64,000 nt of DNA from Ktedonobacterales bacterium (GTDB lineage Bacteria > Chloroflexota > Ktedonobacteria > Ktedonobacterales > JADMIN01). The stretch covers positions 11,341-75,340 of the forward strand of contig DASTKI010000157.1 of the NCBI GenBank assembly GCA_035716045.1. Reading direction: 5' to 3'. Of the stretch, positions 47,520 through 58,116 are shown piece by piece; positions within the stretch are counted from its first letter, which is position 1, and each line of letters begins with the position of its first letter. The notes under the pieces were generated by a model, which ran no database searches, was not told the DNA's origin, and was given only the letters and a program-made list of their open reading frames with translations. Made by a program: the position numbers and the translations under genes.

Positions 47520-49235
47520 GTGAGCATGCCGGTGGATGTGACGCGGGGCGAGCGAAGCTACGATCTCATTATCATAGGTGGGGGCGTCGCGGGTCTTTCG
47601 GCGCTCCTGACGCTGCCTGAGCGCGCGCGCGTCGCGCTGCTCACCAAGGCGGCGCTCGGCGAGAGCAACACACGCTACGCGCAGGGCGGGCTGGCCGCGC
47701 CGGTTGGTCTGGATGACGACCCTGAGCTTCAATTGCGCGACACGATCACCGCCGGAGCGGGTCTGGTGGACGAGGCGGCGGCTCGCGCGATGCTCTCCGA
47801 GGCGCGCGAGTCGGTCGCCTGGCTGGTGGCGCGAGGAACCCAGTTTGATGAGCGCCAGAGGGGGTCAGGCGCCGCTGGGCTGGAAGTCTCTCAGCCCCAT
47901 ACTCAGGCAGACCCACTGCGTGAGCTGGCGACCCGCTATGATCTCACCCTGGAGGCCGCGCACAGCCGCCGGCGCGTGCTACACGCCCACGGCGACGCCA
48001 CCGGCGCGGAGATCGAGCGCGCTCTGGTTGATGCGGTTCGCCGCCGCCCCAACACCGACATATTCGAGAGCGCGTTGGCGCTGGACCTGTTGATGGATGG
48101 CTCTCGTTGCATCGGCGTCGAGGCGCGCATTGATGGCCAGGTCACGCGGTTGATGGCTGCGCGCGGGATCGTGCTTGCCAACGGTGGCGCAGGGCGCCTT
48201 TGGCTGCGTACTTCCAACCCTCCCGGCGCGACGGCGGACGGTGTGGCGCTGGCGTGGCGCGCGGGCGCGGCGCTGGCCGATCTGGAATTTTGCCAGTTCC
48301 ATCCGACTGTCTTCGTGGACGACGATCCGCGCGCCGAGCCGTTGCTCGTCTCCGAGGCGGTGCGCGGCGAGGGAGCGTATCTGCGCAACAGCAAGGGCGA
48401 GCGCTTCATGCCGCGCTATCATCCCGACGCCGAGCTGGCGCCGCGCGATGTCGTCGCGCGCGCGATCCTGAGCGAGATGCTGGCTGAGGGCGCGCCCGCC
48501 GCCTATCTCGACTTGCGCCATCTACCCGCCGAAGAGACGCGCGAGCGCTTCCCCAGCATCACCGAGGGCTGCAAGGCGCGCGGTCTCGATCTGGCGACCG
48601 ATCTGATTCCTGTCGCTCCGGCGGCGCACTACTACATGGGCGGCGTCGTCACAGACACCTGGGGCCGCACGACAATCCCCGGGCTCTACGCGGTCGGCGA
48701 GGTTTCCTGCACTGGCGTCCATGGAGCCAACCGGCTGGCCAGCAACTCACTGCTAGAGGGGCTGGTGCTCGGGCGGCGCGCCGCATGGATGATCGCGCAG
48801 GCGCTCGAGAATCCAGCGGTGGAGCGTGACTGGCCGGTGACGCCCGCGCTCACCGGCCCCTGGGCCGACATCTCGTCCGTTGTCATGCCGCGCGCCGCGC
48901 TCGACGCGCTGGTCGCGAGCGAAACACGTACCACGATCCAACGTATCATGTGGGAGCGGGTCTCGCTGCGACGCGATGCGTCGGGCCTCATCACTGCGCT
49001 GGAGGAGTTGCGCGCGCTGGCTTCAGACGGCCCATACGACCCGGAGACGGCCAACATGCTGTTGGTGGCGCAGGCCGTGACGCTGGCGGCGCTGAGCCGC
49101 GATGAGAGCCGCGGCGGTCACTACCGCATGGACTTCCCCGACCGCGATACGAGCCGTGATGGGCGCCATACGATGCTGTGGCCTGCGTCCCCATCAGTGG
49201 GAGGGCGGGCCGCGCGGGAGGTGGCGCATGCCTGA
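47520..49235 (+). CDS. nadB: L-aspartate oxidase
   Basis: FAD motif [14 protein letters not shown], plus RYAQGG, HPT and [36 protein letters not shown] lies upstream of GTG 47520 (ATG 47526 is an alternative). Confidence 0.9.
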   Translation: MSMPVDVTRGERSYDLIIIGGGVAGLSALLTLPERARVALLTKAALGESNTRYAQGGLAAPVGLDDDPELQLRDTITAGAGLVDEAAARAMLSEARESVAWLVARGTQFDERQRGSGAAGLEVSQPHTQADPLRELATRYDLTLEAAHSRRRVLHAHGDATGAEIERALVDAVRRRPNTDIFESALALDLLMDGSRCIGVEARIDGQVTRLMAARGIVLANGGAGRLWLRTSNPPGATADGVALAWRAGAALADLEFCQFHPTVFVDDDPRAEPLLVSEAVRGEGAYLRNSKGERFMPRYHPDAELAPRDVVARAILSEMLAEGAPAAYLDLRHLPAEETRERFPSITEGCKARGLDLATDLIPVAPAAHYYMGGVVTDTWGRTTIPGLYAVGEVSCTGVHGANRLASNSLLEGLVLGRRAAWMIAQALENPAVERDWPVTPALTGPWADISSVVMPRAALDALVASETRTTIQRIMWERVSLRRDASGLITALEELRALASDGPYDPETANMLLVAQAVTLAALSRDESRGGHYRMDFPDRDTSRDGRHTMLWPASPSVGGRAAREVAHA

Positions 49236-50103
49236 GCGTGCGGGGTTCGACCCGATCTTCGACTCTGAGTTGGCCCGCCGGGCGCTAGCGGAAGATGTTG
49301 GGCGGGGCGACCTGACCACCGAGGCCACGATCCCGCTCGGCGCGCGCGCGTCGGGGCGCATCATCGCCAAGGCGGACGGCATAGTGGCCGGCTTGCCGAT
49401 GGCTGAGTTGGTGTTCCTACAGATGGACCTGGGTACTCATATCGAGCGGCTGGCGCGCGACGGCGACCATGTGACACGCGGGCAGCCGCTGCTGCGGATC
49501 GAGGGCGACGCGCGCGCGCTGCTGACGGCGGAGCGTGTGGCGCTCAACTTCCTGGGGCGACTCTCCGGCGTGGCGACGCTCGCCGCGGCCTGCGCCGCCG
49601 CGACGGAGGGGACGCGCGCTCGCGTGGTGGATACGCGCAAGACGACGCCCGGCCTGCGCGCATTGGAGAAGTACGCCGTGCGCATGGGGGGCGCGACCAA
49701 CCACCGCTCCGGGCTAGATGACGGCATCCTCATCAAGGACAACCACATCGCCGCCGCTGGCGGTGTGACCGCAGCCGTGACCCGCGCGCGGGCCTACGCC
49801 TCGCATCTGCTGAAGGTGGAGTGCGAGTGTGAGACCGAGGCGCAGGTGCGCGAGGCGCTGGCGGCTGGCGCGGACGCCATCCTGCTCGACAATATGACCT
49901 TGGAGGCGATGCGCGACGCGGTTACGCTGATACGCGCGCACGATCCGCGCATGATCATCGAGGCCTCGGGAAACATCGGCCTCAACCCTGAGCGGATCGC
50001 AGCGGTGGCAGCGACAGGGGTTGACCTGATCTCTACGGGCGCGCTGACACACTCCGCGCCGGTATTCGATGTCTCACTTGAGTTCGACGCGCGGCAGGGC
50101 TAA
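49228..50103 (+). CDS. nadC: nicotinate-nucleotide diphosphorylase (carboxylating) / quinolinate phosphoribosyltransferase
   Basis: Motifs: [40 protein letters not shown] and KDNHI. ATG 49228 overlaps the nadB stop (ATGCCTGA). Confidence 0.9.
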   Translation: MPERAGFDPIFDSELARRALAEDVGRGDLTTEATIPLGARASGRIIAKADGIVAGLPMAELVFLQMDLGTHIERLARDGDHVTRGQPLLRIEGDARALLTAERVALNFLGRLSGVATLAAACAAATEGTRARVVDTRKTTPGLRALEKYAVRMGGATNHRSGLDDGILIKDNHIAAAGGVTAAVTRARAYASHLLKVECECETEAQVREALAAGADAILLDNMTLEAMRDAVTLIRAHDPRMIIEASGNIGLNPERIAAVAATGVDLISTGALTHSAPVFDVSLEFDARQG

Positions 50104-50138
50104 CCTACCACCGCGCGGCATACGAGGAGTGCGCCGCT

Positions 50139-51419
50139 ATGGCGACCGAGATAAGCAACATCAAGCAGAGCCTTCCGCTCATCGTCGAGTGTGAAGAGAG
50201 CAAAGAAGAAACCGCGCTTCGGTCGCTGACCGAGTGGCGCGAAGAGGAAGCCAGGAAATCGCCCGGCGTCGCGCTTCATCGCGCCTTGCATGCGGGCGCG
50301 GAGCGCGCCGACCAAATCCCGCGCGAGTACGCGCTCATGAGCCAGGAGGAGCTAGACCAGCGTATCGCCGCGGCGCGCGCGGCGCTTGGTGATCGTCTGG
50401 TGATCCTGGGCCACCACTACCAGCGCGACGAGATCATCAAGTACGCCGACGCGCGTGGCGACTCGTTCAAGCTGGCGCAGTACGCCGCCACGAAGCGCGA
50501 GGCCGACTATATCGTCTTCTGCGGCGTGCATTTCATGGCTGAGAGCGCTGACATCCTCAGCGCGCCCCACCAGCGGGTCGTGTTGCCCAACCCTGCCGCC
50601 GGCTGCTCGATGGCTGATATGGCCAGCATCGCCGAAGTTGACGAGCTGTGGGAGATTCTCGACGATCTCTATCGCGACGAGAAGCTGGCGGAGGGTCAGC
50701 AATCCATCGTCCCGATCACCTATATGAACTCGGCGGCCAACCTAAAGGCGTTCTGCGGGCGTAATGGCGGCATCGTTTGTACCTCGTCGAACGCGGCTCA
50801 GGTGATGGACTGGGCCTTCGCGCGCGGCAAGCGCGTCCTGTTCTTCCCGGACGAGCACCTGGGTCGCAACACCGCCCTCAAGCTGGGCATTCCAGAGGAA
50901 GAGATCGTCGTCTGGAACCAGCGCCTGGACTTCGGCGGCCTGGGCGATGAGCAGGCGCTGGTGGACGCGAAAGTGGTCCTCTGGAAGGGGTGGTGCTCGA
51001 CGCACCAGCGTTTCACGGTTGAGCAGATCGAGGAGGCGCGCGAGCGCTTCCCCGGCGCCCGCGTGGTCGTGCACCCTGAGTGCAGCCATGAGGTAGTGGC
51101 CGCCGCCGATCTGAACGGCTCGACGGAGTACATCATCAAGGTGGTCAATGAGTCGCCCGCTGGGACGACGTGGGCGATTGGCACCGAGGTGAATCTGGTC
51201 AAGCGGCTGGCGCAGGATCACCCCGACAAGACCATTTTCTGCCTTGACCCCATCGTCTGCCCCTGCTCCACGATGTACCGCATCCACCCGGCCTACCTGG
51301 CGTGGACGCTTGAGGAGTTAGTCAAGGGCTCCGTCATCAACGAGGTGACCGTTGATGAGGAGACGGCGCGCTGGGCGAAGGTGGCGCTGGAGCGTATGCT
51401 CGCCACCAAGGGCGCGTAG
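50139..51419 (+). CDS. nadA: quinolinate synthase (long form)
   Basis: Motifs: ILGHHYQRDEI, FCGVHFMAESA, CSMADM, YMNSAA, VHPEC and CPCSTMYRI. The N-terminal ~60 aa may or may not be translated. Confidence 0.88.
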   Translation: MATEISNIKQSLPLIVECEESKEETALRSLTEWREEEARKSPGVALHRALHAGAERADQIPREYALMSQEELDQRIAAARAALGDRLVILGHHYQRDEIIKYADARGDSFKLAQYAATKREADYIVFCGVHFMAESADILSAPHQRVVLPNPAAGCSMADMASIAEVDELWEILDDLYRDEKLAEGQQSIVPITYMNSAANLKAFCGRNGGIVCTSSNAAQVMDWAFARGKRVLFFPDEHLGRNTALKLGIPEEEIVVWNQRLDFGGLGDEQALVDAKVVLWKGWCSTHQRFTVEQIEEARERFPGARVVVHPECSHEVVAAADLNGSTEYIIKVVNESPAGTTWAIGTEVNLVKRLAQDHPDKTIFCLDPIVCPCSTMYRIHPAYLAWTLEELVKGSVINEVTVDEETARWAKVALERMLATKGA

Positions 51420-51522
51420 CCAGCGCATCGTATACTGCCAGCGAACGGTGAGTGGCGCCAGCGGCAAGCGAGGCGCGTCCTGGCGCCACTCGCCCGCTTG
51501 TGACCGAGGAGCGCCGCGCCAC

Positions 51523-52428
51523 ATGCTACCATCCGCCAACCTGCCGCCCACCGTCTGGGGTGATCATCGCCTCACCTGGGGTGAGCGCACCTACGTGATG
51601 GGCATTTTGAACATCACGCCCGACTCCTTCTCGCGCGATGGCCTCGCGCTCGCCGAACTATCATCAGCTCAGGTAGTCAGCGCCGCCGTGGAGCAGGCGC
51701 GGGCGATGGTGGCGGCAGGCGCGGACATGCTGGACGTGGGCGGCGAGTCTACGCGGCCCGCGACCGAGGGCGAAGAGCCATTGCCAGCGGACGTCGAGCG
51801 CGCGCGAGTGGTCCCGGTGATCGAGGCGCTGGCGGCCGCGCTGCCTTCGCACATCCTCATCTCGATCGACACATTCAAGGCCGCTGTGGCCGAGGCGGCG
51901 CTGGACGCGGGCGCGCATATCGTCAATGACATCTGGGGGCTGCGCGCCGACTCCGCGCTGGCGCGCGTCGTCGCCGAGCGCGAGGTTCCCGTCGTATTGA
52001 TGAGCAATCTGCGGGGGCAGCCCCGGCGAGACCCGCTGTCAGATATCGTCCGCCAGCTCTCTGGCAGCGTGGACGTTGCTCTCAGCGCGGGCATCGAGTG
52101 GGCGCGCATCATCCTTGATCCGGGCTTCGGCTTCGGCCTGCACGCCGAGGAAAACCTGGAGGCGCTGGCGCGGCTGGGCGCGCTGCGTAGCCTGAGCCGT
52201 CCGCTGTTGGTGGGCGTCTCGCGCAAGTCGCACATCGGCCTGGTGCTCGACGCGCCGGTAGATGACCGCGTCGAAGGCACCGCCGCCGAGGTTGCGCTGA
52301 GCATCGCGCAGGGGGCGGACATCGTCCGCGTGCATGATGTCTGGCAGATGGCGCGCGTGGCGCGAGTATCGGATGCGGTCGTGCGCGGCTGGCGTGGCTA
52401 CAAGCAGGCGGAGGAGCGGAGGCCATGA
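51523..52428 (+). CDS. folP: dihydropteroate synthase
   Basis: Motifs: MGILNITPDSFSRDG, DVGGESTRP, SIDT, NDIWG and GVSRKS. Start is ATG 51523; the upstream part of the ORF overlaps the nadA 3' end and looks non-coding. Confidence 0.9.
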   Translation: MLPSANLPPTVWGDHRLTWGERTYVMGILNITPDSFSRDGLALAELSSAQVVSAAVEQARAMVAAGADMLDVGGESTRPATEGEEPLPADVERARVVPVIEALAAALPSHILISIDTFKAAVAEAALDAGAHIVNDIWGLRADSALARVVAEREVPVVLMSNLRGQPRRDPLSDIVRQLSGSVDVALSAGIEWARIILDPGFGFGLHAEENLEALARLGALRSLSRPLLVGVSRKSHIGLVLDAPVDDRVEGTAAEVALSIAQGADIVRVHDVWQMARVARVSDAVVRGWRGYKQAEERRP

Positions 52429-53837
52429 GCGAGCGGAAGCCGCCAACCCATCTGCTCTACCGTCAGGCGCTGCGTTGGCTTTACGCCTTCAGCGATACCG
52501 AGCGCACGGGCGCCTTCGTTCGTGACCGAGACGACAATTTGCGGCGCGAGCGGGCGCTGCTGGCGGCGCTGGATGATCCGCAGCTCGCGTATGGCGTCAT
52601 TCACATCGCTGGCTCGAAGGGCAAAGGCTCGACATCAGCGATGATTGCCTCCATCTTGGCGGCTGCTGGCGTGCGGGCTGGCCTGTACACCTCACCCGAC
52701 CTGCACACCTTCCGCGAGCGTATTCGCGTCGCGGGCGAGCCGATCAGGGAAGAGGAGATGGTGGGGATGGCGGCGAAGGTGCGTGTGGCGCTGGAGCGGG
52801 TAGACCCGTCGGTGGGGCCGTACATCACCTGGGAGGTGGCGACCGCGCTGGCGTTCCTGGCCTTTCGCGAGGCGGATGTTGAGCGCGCGGTGATCGAGGT
52901 AGGGCTGGGTGGGCGCCTGGACGCGACAAACGTGGTCGATCCGGATATCTGCGCCATCACCAGCATCAGCTACGAGCATATGGAGATCCTGGGCCACACA
53001 CTGACTGAGATTGCTCGCGAGAAGGCAGGAATCATCAAGATCGGTGTCCCGGTCGTGACCTCAGCGCGCGAGCCGGAGGCGCTGGCCGTGATCGCGCGCA
53101 TCGCGGACGAGCGGGATGCGCCACTGATACGGGTCGGCCCGGTGGGCGCGGAGGACTGTGCGTACACCTGGCGCGAGGGCGTAGCTGGCGAGAGCTTCCA
53201 ACGCTTCGATATCATCACGCCTACCAGCGTCTATCACGAGCTGGAGATTCCCCTGCTCGGCGCGCACCAGATCGAGAATGCGGCAGTCGCCGTAGCGTTG
53301 GCGGAGTTCACCCGCGCCCAGGGGCTAACCGCTCTGGGTGAGCGCGCCATTCGCGAGGGATTGCGAACAGTACGCTGGGAGGGTCGCTTGCAGGTGGTTG
53401 GCCGCGCGCCCTGGCAGGTGGTGGACGGCGCGCACAACGCCGCGTCGTTCGCCGCGCTCTTCGCCGCGCTGCGCCGCCATTTTCGCTATCGCCGGATCAT
53501 CCTCATCCTGGGCGTGATGGCCGATAAGGATGTGGAGGGCATCCTGCGCGAGATCAACGCCGCTGGCGTCTCGACGATCATCGCGACGGCGGCGAACAGC
53601 CTGCGCGCCATCTCACCCAAAGACCTACGCGAGCGCGCCGCGCACGTCACCAACGCCGAGGTGACCTCCGCGTGTGACGCGGCCAGCGCGCTCACAGCGG
53701 CGCGGGCGACGGCGGATCCCGGCGACCTGATCCTCGTCGCTGGCACGCTCTATCTGGCGGCGGAGGCGCTGCGCTGGTACGCCGCCCAGCCCGAGACGCC
53801 CGCTGGCGCGATTCAGATCGCTGGTATGGACCATTGA
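52425..53837 (+). CDS. folC: bifunctional folylpolyglutamate synthase / dihydrofolate synthase
   Basis: P-loop HIAGSKGKGST, plus DATN, EHMEILG and DGAHN. ATGA overlap with folP. Confidence 0.9.
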   Translation: MSERKPPTHLLYRQALRWLYAFSDTERTGAFVRDRDDNLRRERALLAALDDPQLAYGVIHIAGSKGKGSTSAMIASILAAAGVRAGLYTSPDLHTFRERIRVAGEPIREEEMVGMAAKVRVALERVDPSVGPYITWEVATALAFLAFREADVERAVIEVGLGGRLDATNVVDPDICAITSISYEHMEILGHTLTEIAREKAGIIKIGVPVVTSAREPEALAVIARIADERDAPLIRVGPVGAEDCAYTWREGVAGESFQRFDIITPTSVYHELEIPLLGAHQIENAAVAVALAEFTRAQGLTALGERAIREGLRTVRWEGRLQVVGRAPWQVVDGAHNAASFAALFAALRRHFRYRRIILILGVMADKDVEGILREINAAGVSTIIATAANSLRAISPKDLRERAAHVTNAEVTSACDAASALTAARATADPGDLILVAGTLYLAAEALRWYAAQPETPAGAIQIAGMDH

Positions 53838-53852
53838 GCGCGGGAGGGCGCG

Positions 53853-55055
53853 ATGCTTGGCTACCTCGACCTCTTCTCCGGAGCCAGCGGCGATATGCTG
53901 CTTGGCGCGCTGATCCATGCTGGCGTCTCGCTCGATGACCTACGCGCTGGGCTGTCGCGCTTACCGCTGACGGGCTATGCGCTGGAGGCGAACGAGGTGA
54001 GCGACCATGGCATCCACGGAGTTCGCGCCACTGTGCGGCTGGATGGAGCCGACCACGCGCATCGCCGCCTGAAGGACGTGCGCGCGATCATCGAAGCGGG
54101 TGGGCTGCCCGAGCGCGCGCGCGACCGGGCGCTGGCGATCTTCCAGCGGTTGTCGGAGGCGGAGGGTGCGATTCACGGTGTCGCGCCCGAGGAGGTCACC
54201 TTCCATGAGGTTGGCGCGGTGGACTCGATCGTGGACACTGTGGGCGCCGCGCTGGGACTCGAACTGGTAGGCATAGACGATCTGTACTGCTCGGAGCTGC
54301 CGCTGACATCGGGGCGCGCGCGTTCATCGCATGGCTCGATCCCCGTCCCCGCGCCCGCCACAGTGGAGTTGCTCAAAGGCACGCGGGCAATCTGGCGCTC
54401 CGTTCCTGGCGAGGGCGAGTTGGTGACTCCTACTGGCGCGGCGGTCGTGGCGGCGCTGGCGCGCTTCGAGCGCCCTACGATGCGCGTCGTCGCTGCCGGC
54501 TATGGGTTTGGGACGCGCACGTTGCCCTGGGCCAATTGTCTACGGCTGCTGGTCGGCGAAGCGCCTGCCGCCGCGCCAGCGCGCCAGCCGGATGAATTCG
54601 CGCGCGACCTGATCGTCGTCATCGAGAGCAACATAGACAACATGACCGCCGAAGCGCTCGGCTGGCTGATGGAGCGGCTGCTGGAGGCGGGTGCGCTCGA
54701 CGTCAGCTATGCCCCGCTGCAAATGAAGAAGAACCGTCCCGGCGCGCTGCTCACCGTCATCGCCGCGCCTGAAAGCGCGGACACACTGGCGGCGCTGATC
54801 CTGCGCGAGAGCGCGACACTGGGCGTGCGCATGCGCCACTCCGAGCGGCTGATCGCCGGGCGGCGCGTCGAGACCATCGAGACGCCGCTCGGTCCCGCGC
54901 GCGTCAAGCTCAAGCTGGCGGACGAACGGGTGATCTCGGTCTCGCCCGAATATGACGACCTGCGCGCGCTGGCGGCGGCGTCCGGCCTCCCATTGGAGTC
55001 TGTCTCCGAGCGCGTCACTCATGCCGCGCGTCGCCACTTCGGTCTGGACGCCTGA
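53853..55055 (+). CDS. larC: nickel-pincer cofactor biosynthesis protein LarC (DUF111)
   Basis: MLGYLDLFSGASGDMLLGALIHAGV, HEVGAVDSIVD, and a C-terminal domain MKKNRPG. GGGAGGG RBS is present. Confidence 0.85.
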   Translation: MLGYLDLFSGASGDMLLGALIHAGVSLDDLRAGLSRLPLTGYALEANEVSDHGIHGVRATVRLDGADHAHRRLKDVRAIIEAGGLPERARDRALAIFQRLSEAEGAIHGVAPEEVTFHEVGAVDSIVDTVGAALGLELVGIDDLYCSELPLTSGRARSSHGSIPVPAPATVELLKGTRAIWRSVPGEGELVTPTGAAVVAALARFERPTMRVVAAGYGFGTRTLPWANCLRLLVGEAPAAAPARQPDEFARDLIVVIESNIDNMTAEALGWLMERLLEAGALDVSYAPLQMKKNRPGALLTVIAAPESADTLAALILRESATLGVRMRHSERLIAGRRVETIETPLGPARVKLKLADERVISVSPEYDDLRALAAASGLPLESVSERVTHAARRHFGLDA

Positions 55056-55146
55056 GCCGCGCCTGCTGACCGCCCCGCGCTCACATCATGGCGAGCACGA
55101 TGACACGAACCTGCGCGATGATGGTGATAGCGACAACGAGGATGCG

Positions 55147-56331
55147 CTAGCGCGCCGGGCCGAGCGAGGCTTCAACGGCGGGCGCCATTACGGGCTCATG
55201 GGCGGCCACCGCGCGCAACAGCCCGAAGCAGCCCGCGAGCATCATATCGCCATGGGGGGCGGGCTCGTAGGGGCGCAGCGCCGAGCCGCGCAATAGCTCG
55301 CGGCGGGGCCCGGTCACGGCCAGGAACGGCGGTTCTCCATCCACAACGGCGCCCGGCGGCTCCAGAATCAGCGCGCCGTGCCCGCTATCAGCGAAGATAC
55401 GCTCGTTGTCGAGGTCGCCACGGGCCAGGTCGCGCAGGTAACCTTCCAGTCGCGGGCGGTCAAGCTCGCCTGTGTGATGCTCAAAGAGGCCAGTGATGCG
55501 CCTACCGCGCAAGTGGAACGCCAGCGTGTGGAAGTTGCCGATGTTCGCGACGAGCGCCTCATCGAGCGATCTCACCGTTGGGTCTTCCAGCGCGCCCGCG
55601 AGCGCGGCGGCGCCTGTGTCCATCACGATCACTACAGGCTCCGCGCGCCCATCGCCCGATGGGTAGCGCGCGGCGGCGGCGCCAACGGCGGCCAGGCGGG
55701 TGAGGTCGGGCGGCAGGCTCTCGCGTCGCCATGCGAAAGCCAGCGCGTCAGGTCGCTGGCGTACACGCCCGGTGATAGCGTCGAAGCGGAAGCGGCGGTC
55801 GCTGACTCCCGGCGGGGCCGCGCCATGGTCGAACGCCGCGACGGCCACTGCGTCTACGCTGGCGTCCACCCCAAAGGCGTGGAACGCGGCCTGCAAGGCG
55901 GCTCCGTCAAAGTCGCCCATCTCGATCTCGACCAACCGCGCGCCTTCACGCGCGCGGATCGCTGGAACTTCATCCTCGCTGACCACACGCAGGCCAAGAG
56001 CCTCGACCTGCGCCAGGTCGTCATCCAGGGTGCGCGCGGCGTCGGGCGTCACATAGCACGGATAACCTGCCTGAGCGTGGTCGCGGGCGGCCCACGCGCA
56101 AGGGCCACCGCCCATGATGTGGCCGGTCAGCAACACTGGCGCGCCAGCGGCGGTAGCGCCAAGGATGCGCCGCTGGACGATCACCGTCGGCGAAGGCATG
56201 ATGAGTTGAAAGCAGTTTTCGATGCTCTCGCCACTATCGAAGAGCAAGATGTCCTGCGTTCCGGTGCCAACGTCCACCGCCAGGATGCGGACACGCTCGC
56301 TCACCGCTCCCTCCCTCGCTCGTCCGCTCAC
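55147..56331 (-). CDS. DUF1786-like ASKHA (actin-like ATPase fold) protein
   Basis: VRILAVDVGTGTQDILLFD is a phosphate-1-like motif, and the length is about 385 aa. The family name is recalled from memory. The likely start is GTG 56304 (AGGGAGG 5 nt upstream) rather than 56331. Confidence 0.55.
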   Translation of the reverse strand: MSGRAREGAVSERVRILAVDVGTGTQDILLFDSGESIENCFQLIMPSPTVIVQRRILGATAAGAPVLLTGHIMGGGPCAWAARDHAQAGYPCYVTPDAARTLDDDLAQVEALGLRVVSEDEVPAIRAREGARLVEIEMGDFDGAALQAAFHAFGVDASVDAVAVAAFDHGAAPPGVSDRRFRFDAITGRVRQRPDALAFAWRRESLPPDLTRLAAVGAAAARYPSGDGRAEPVVIVMDTGAAALAGALEDPTVRSLDEALVANIGNFHTLAFHLRGRRITGLFEHHTGELDRPRLEGYLRDLARGDLDNERIFADSGHGALILEPPGAVVDGEPPFLAVTGPRRELLRGSALRPYEPAPHGDMMLAGCFGLLRAVAAHEPVMAPAVEASLGPAR

Positions 56332-56361
56332 GCGCTGGCGAACTTCGACCCCCTGTGGCGT

Positions 56362-57618
56362 TTATTGCATCGAGAGGTCGGCCAGCACAGCCGCGACCTT
56401 GGGATGCTCGCGGTTCAGGCGCAGATTGTGATTGCCCATGCTGTCCGGCTCATCCTCCAGGATGCCCTGGTCAATGCAGGTAATGAGCAGCTCGCGGGCG
56501 GTGTCGCGCGTGAGGCGGCCCCGGAAGCGGTTCTTCGGGTTGTACGGGTCACCGATGAAGTTGGCGACGCCGCCAATCGTGCGCCATGACCAGTGGCGAT
56601 CAATATAGTCGAGGAATTGGATGAACCCTGGCTCGTCCGGCTCGACTGGCGCGAAGGTGGTTCCATAGCTCGCGCCGCTGCTGTAAGCCCCGCCCCCTGA
56701 GGGCGCATAGGGCCGGTGATAGCCGCCCTGCCCTGGCGTATAGGGCCCCATCGGGACTTGTGGCTGTCCGCTGTACTGGCCAGATGACGGCGCTACCGCT
56801 CCATAGCTCAAGGGGATGAACTGCTCGGCGGCGCTGATGAGATCCCGGCTCACCGTTCCCGGCACGCCGCAGACAATCACCCGCTTGTTCAGGCGCAGCT
56901 TGAGCCGCGCGCTGATCCGCGTGAAGTCACGGTCACCAGTCATCAGAACGAAGGTGTTGATATTAGGCCGGTCGAATACTGTCTCGATGATGTCCATGAG
57001 CATATTGAGGTCGACGGTGCTCTGCGTGATGATCGTCGACGTCTGCTGGACGGCCGCGCCATTGCTGGTCCCGTAGTATGGCTGGCCTGGATAGCCGTAC
57101 TGCTCCTGACGGCGATCACCGGTCTCTGCTCCTGACGCGCCCGCGCCGCCCTCGCCCGCATACCGCTCATCCACGCCCTCTTCGTGAGCGGTTGCGTCAG
57201 CGGCCTCTTCCCGCTCATCCGCCAGGTCCTCTGCGTCCTCGAGCTCCTCCTCGTCCTCGTCCCCGTCCTCCTCGTCCTCCTCGTCACCTTCGTATGGATA
57301 TTCACGGGACTCGGCGGGCTCTCGCCACTGCTGACGCTCGTAACCGCTCTGTTGCTGCTGATAATAGGGCTGCGTCTGGCGCACACGCTCGCGAACCTTG
57401 GCTGGGCAATCAACACGGTCAATCATCGCCGCGGTCAGGCTGCCCTTGAAGAACTCAGGCTGGCGAGTCCAGTCGGCGTAGGCGCGAGCCACCATTACCG
57501 TGCCAAAGCGGCGGGCGATGGCGATCAATTCTTGGGGATCAGGCTCGCGGCGCTGTACATTCAGTAGGCTGTACCGAATATTCTCGAAGTCAATGAACAG
57601 CGCGATCTCATCTTGCAT
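56362..57618 (-). CDS. NYN (LabA-like) domain protein with internal acidic low-complexity insertion and C-terminal globular domain
   Basis: IALFIDFENIRY...ARAYADW, then an insertion of about 120 aa, then STVDLNMLMD...FVLMTGDRDFTRISARLK...RVIVCG. A G/Y/S/P-rich linker and a C-terminal ~90-aa domain follow. AGGAGAG RBS is present. Confidence 0.75.
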   Translation of the reverse strand: MQDEIALFIDFENIRYSLLNVQRREPDPQELIAIARRFGTVMVARAYADWTRQPEFFKGSLTAAMIDRVDCPAKVRERVRQTQPYYQQQQSGYERQQWREPAESREYPYEGDEEDEEDGDEDEEELEDAEDLADEREEAADATAHEEGVDERYAGEGGAGASGAETGDRRQEQYGYPGQPYYGTSNGAAVQQTSTIITQSTVDLNMLMDIIETVFDRPNINTFVLMTGDRDFTRISARLKLRLNKRVIVCGVPGTVSRDLISAAEQFIPLSYGAVAPSSGQYSGQPQVPMGPYTPGQGGYHRPYAPSGGGAYSSGASYGTTFAPVEPDEPGFIQFLDYIDRHWSWRTIGGVANFIGDPYNPKNRFRGRLTRDTARELLITCIDQGILEDEPDSMGNHNLRLNREHPKVAAVLADLSMQ

Positions 57619-58075
57619 GCTGGGACTCTCCTGTGTCTCATCACACGATTATAGAACCATTGTGAGGCTCATCGTCCTGGCCGCCGGTTTCGCCAGTCGC
57701 TCGACGCCCTAGGAGCGGCGCCGCGGGTCTTGGTATCTGCGTATCAGTGCCCAGGCGCCCAATCAATACGTGTCGCGCTCGATCATCGCTTGTGGTGTGT
57801 ACAGCCAGTCGCGGACTACTCTCCAGAAATGGCGTCGCGAGTCAGTGTCGCGCGTCAGTGTCGGGGAGCGTGCGGAGCGGGCGTCGTCGCTCCTACTCAT
57901 CATTGGCGCCAGTAGCGCGCCAGTAATGTCAGAAAACGCATGGCGCGGGCATTTGGTACAACAAGACTGCGAGTGACCAGAATAACAGTTCTGAACGAGC
58001 GCAACCATGATCTATGTTAACACGCCGGCCCAGTTCGCTGCAAGAAATCCGCTATTCGCCGCGTAGCGCTCATTG

Positions 58076-58110
58076 GGCGCCGCACACGCTCGCTTAGGCG
58101 CCGCACACGC
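58076..58110. repeat. two copies of GGCGCCGCACACGC with 21-bp period flanking the -35 region of a TACAAT promoter
   Basis: Copies at 58076-58089 and 58097-58110 are identical. TACAAT at 58113-58118 follows. Confidence 0.75.
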
Positions 58111-58116
58111 GATACA

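Noticed and set aside
47433-47732. 99-aa minus-strand ORF spanning the nadB start
   Set aside because: It is antisense to the nadB 5' end and its leader. It is Arg-rich junk with no RBS.
57763-58008. 81-aa minus-strand ORF with a Cys/His cluster (NCYSGHSQSCCTKCPRH)
   Set aside because: It has no RBS. Its third-position GC is far below that of neighbouring genes. It lies in the AT-richer intergenic island. It is kept only as part of that observation.
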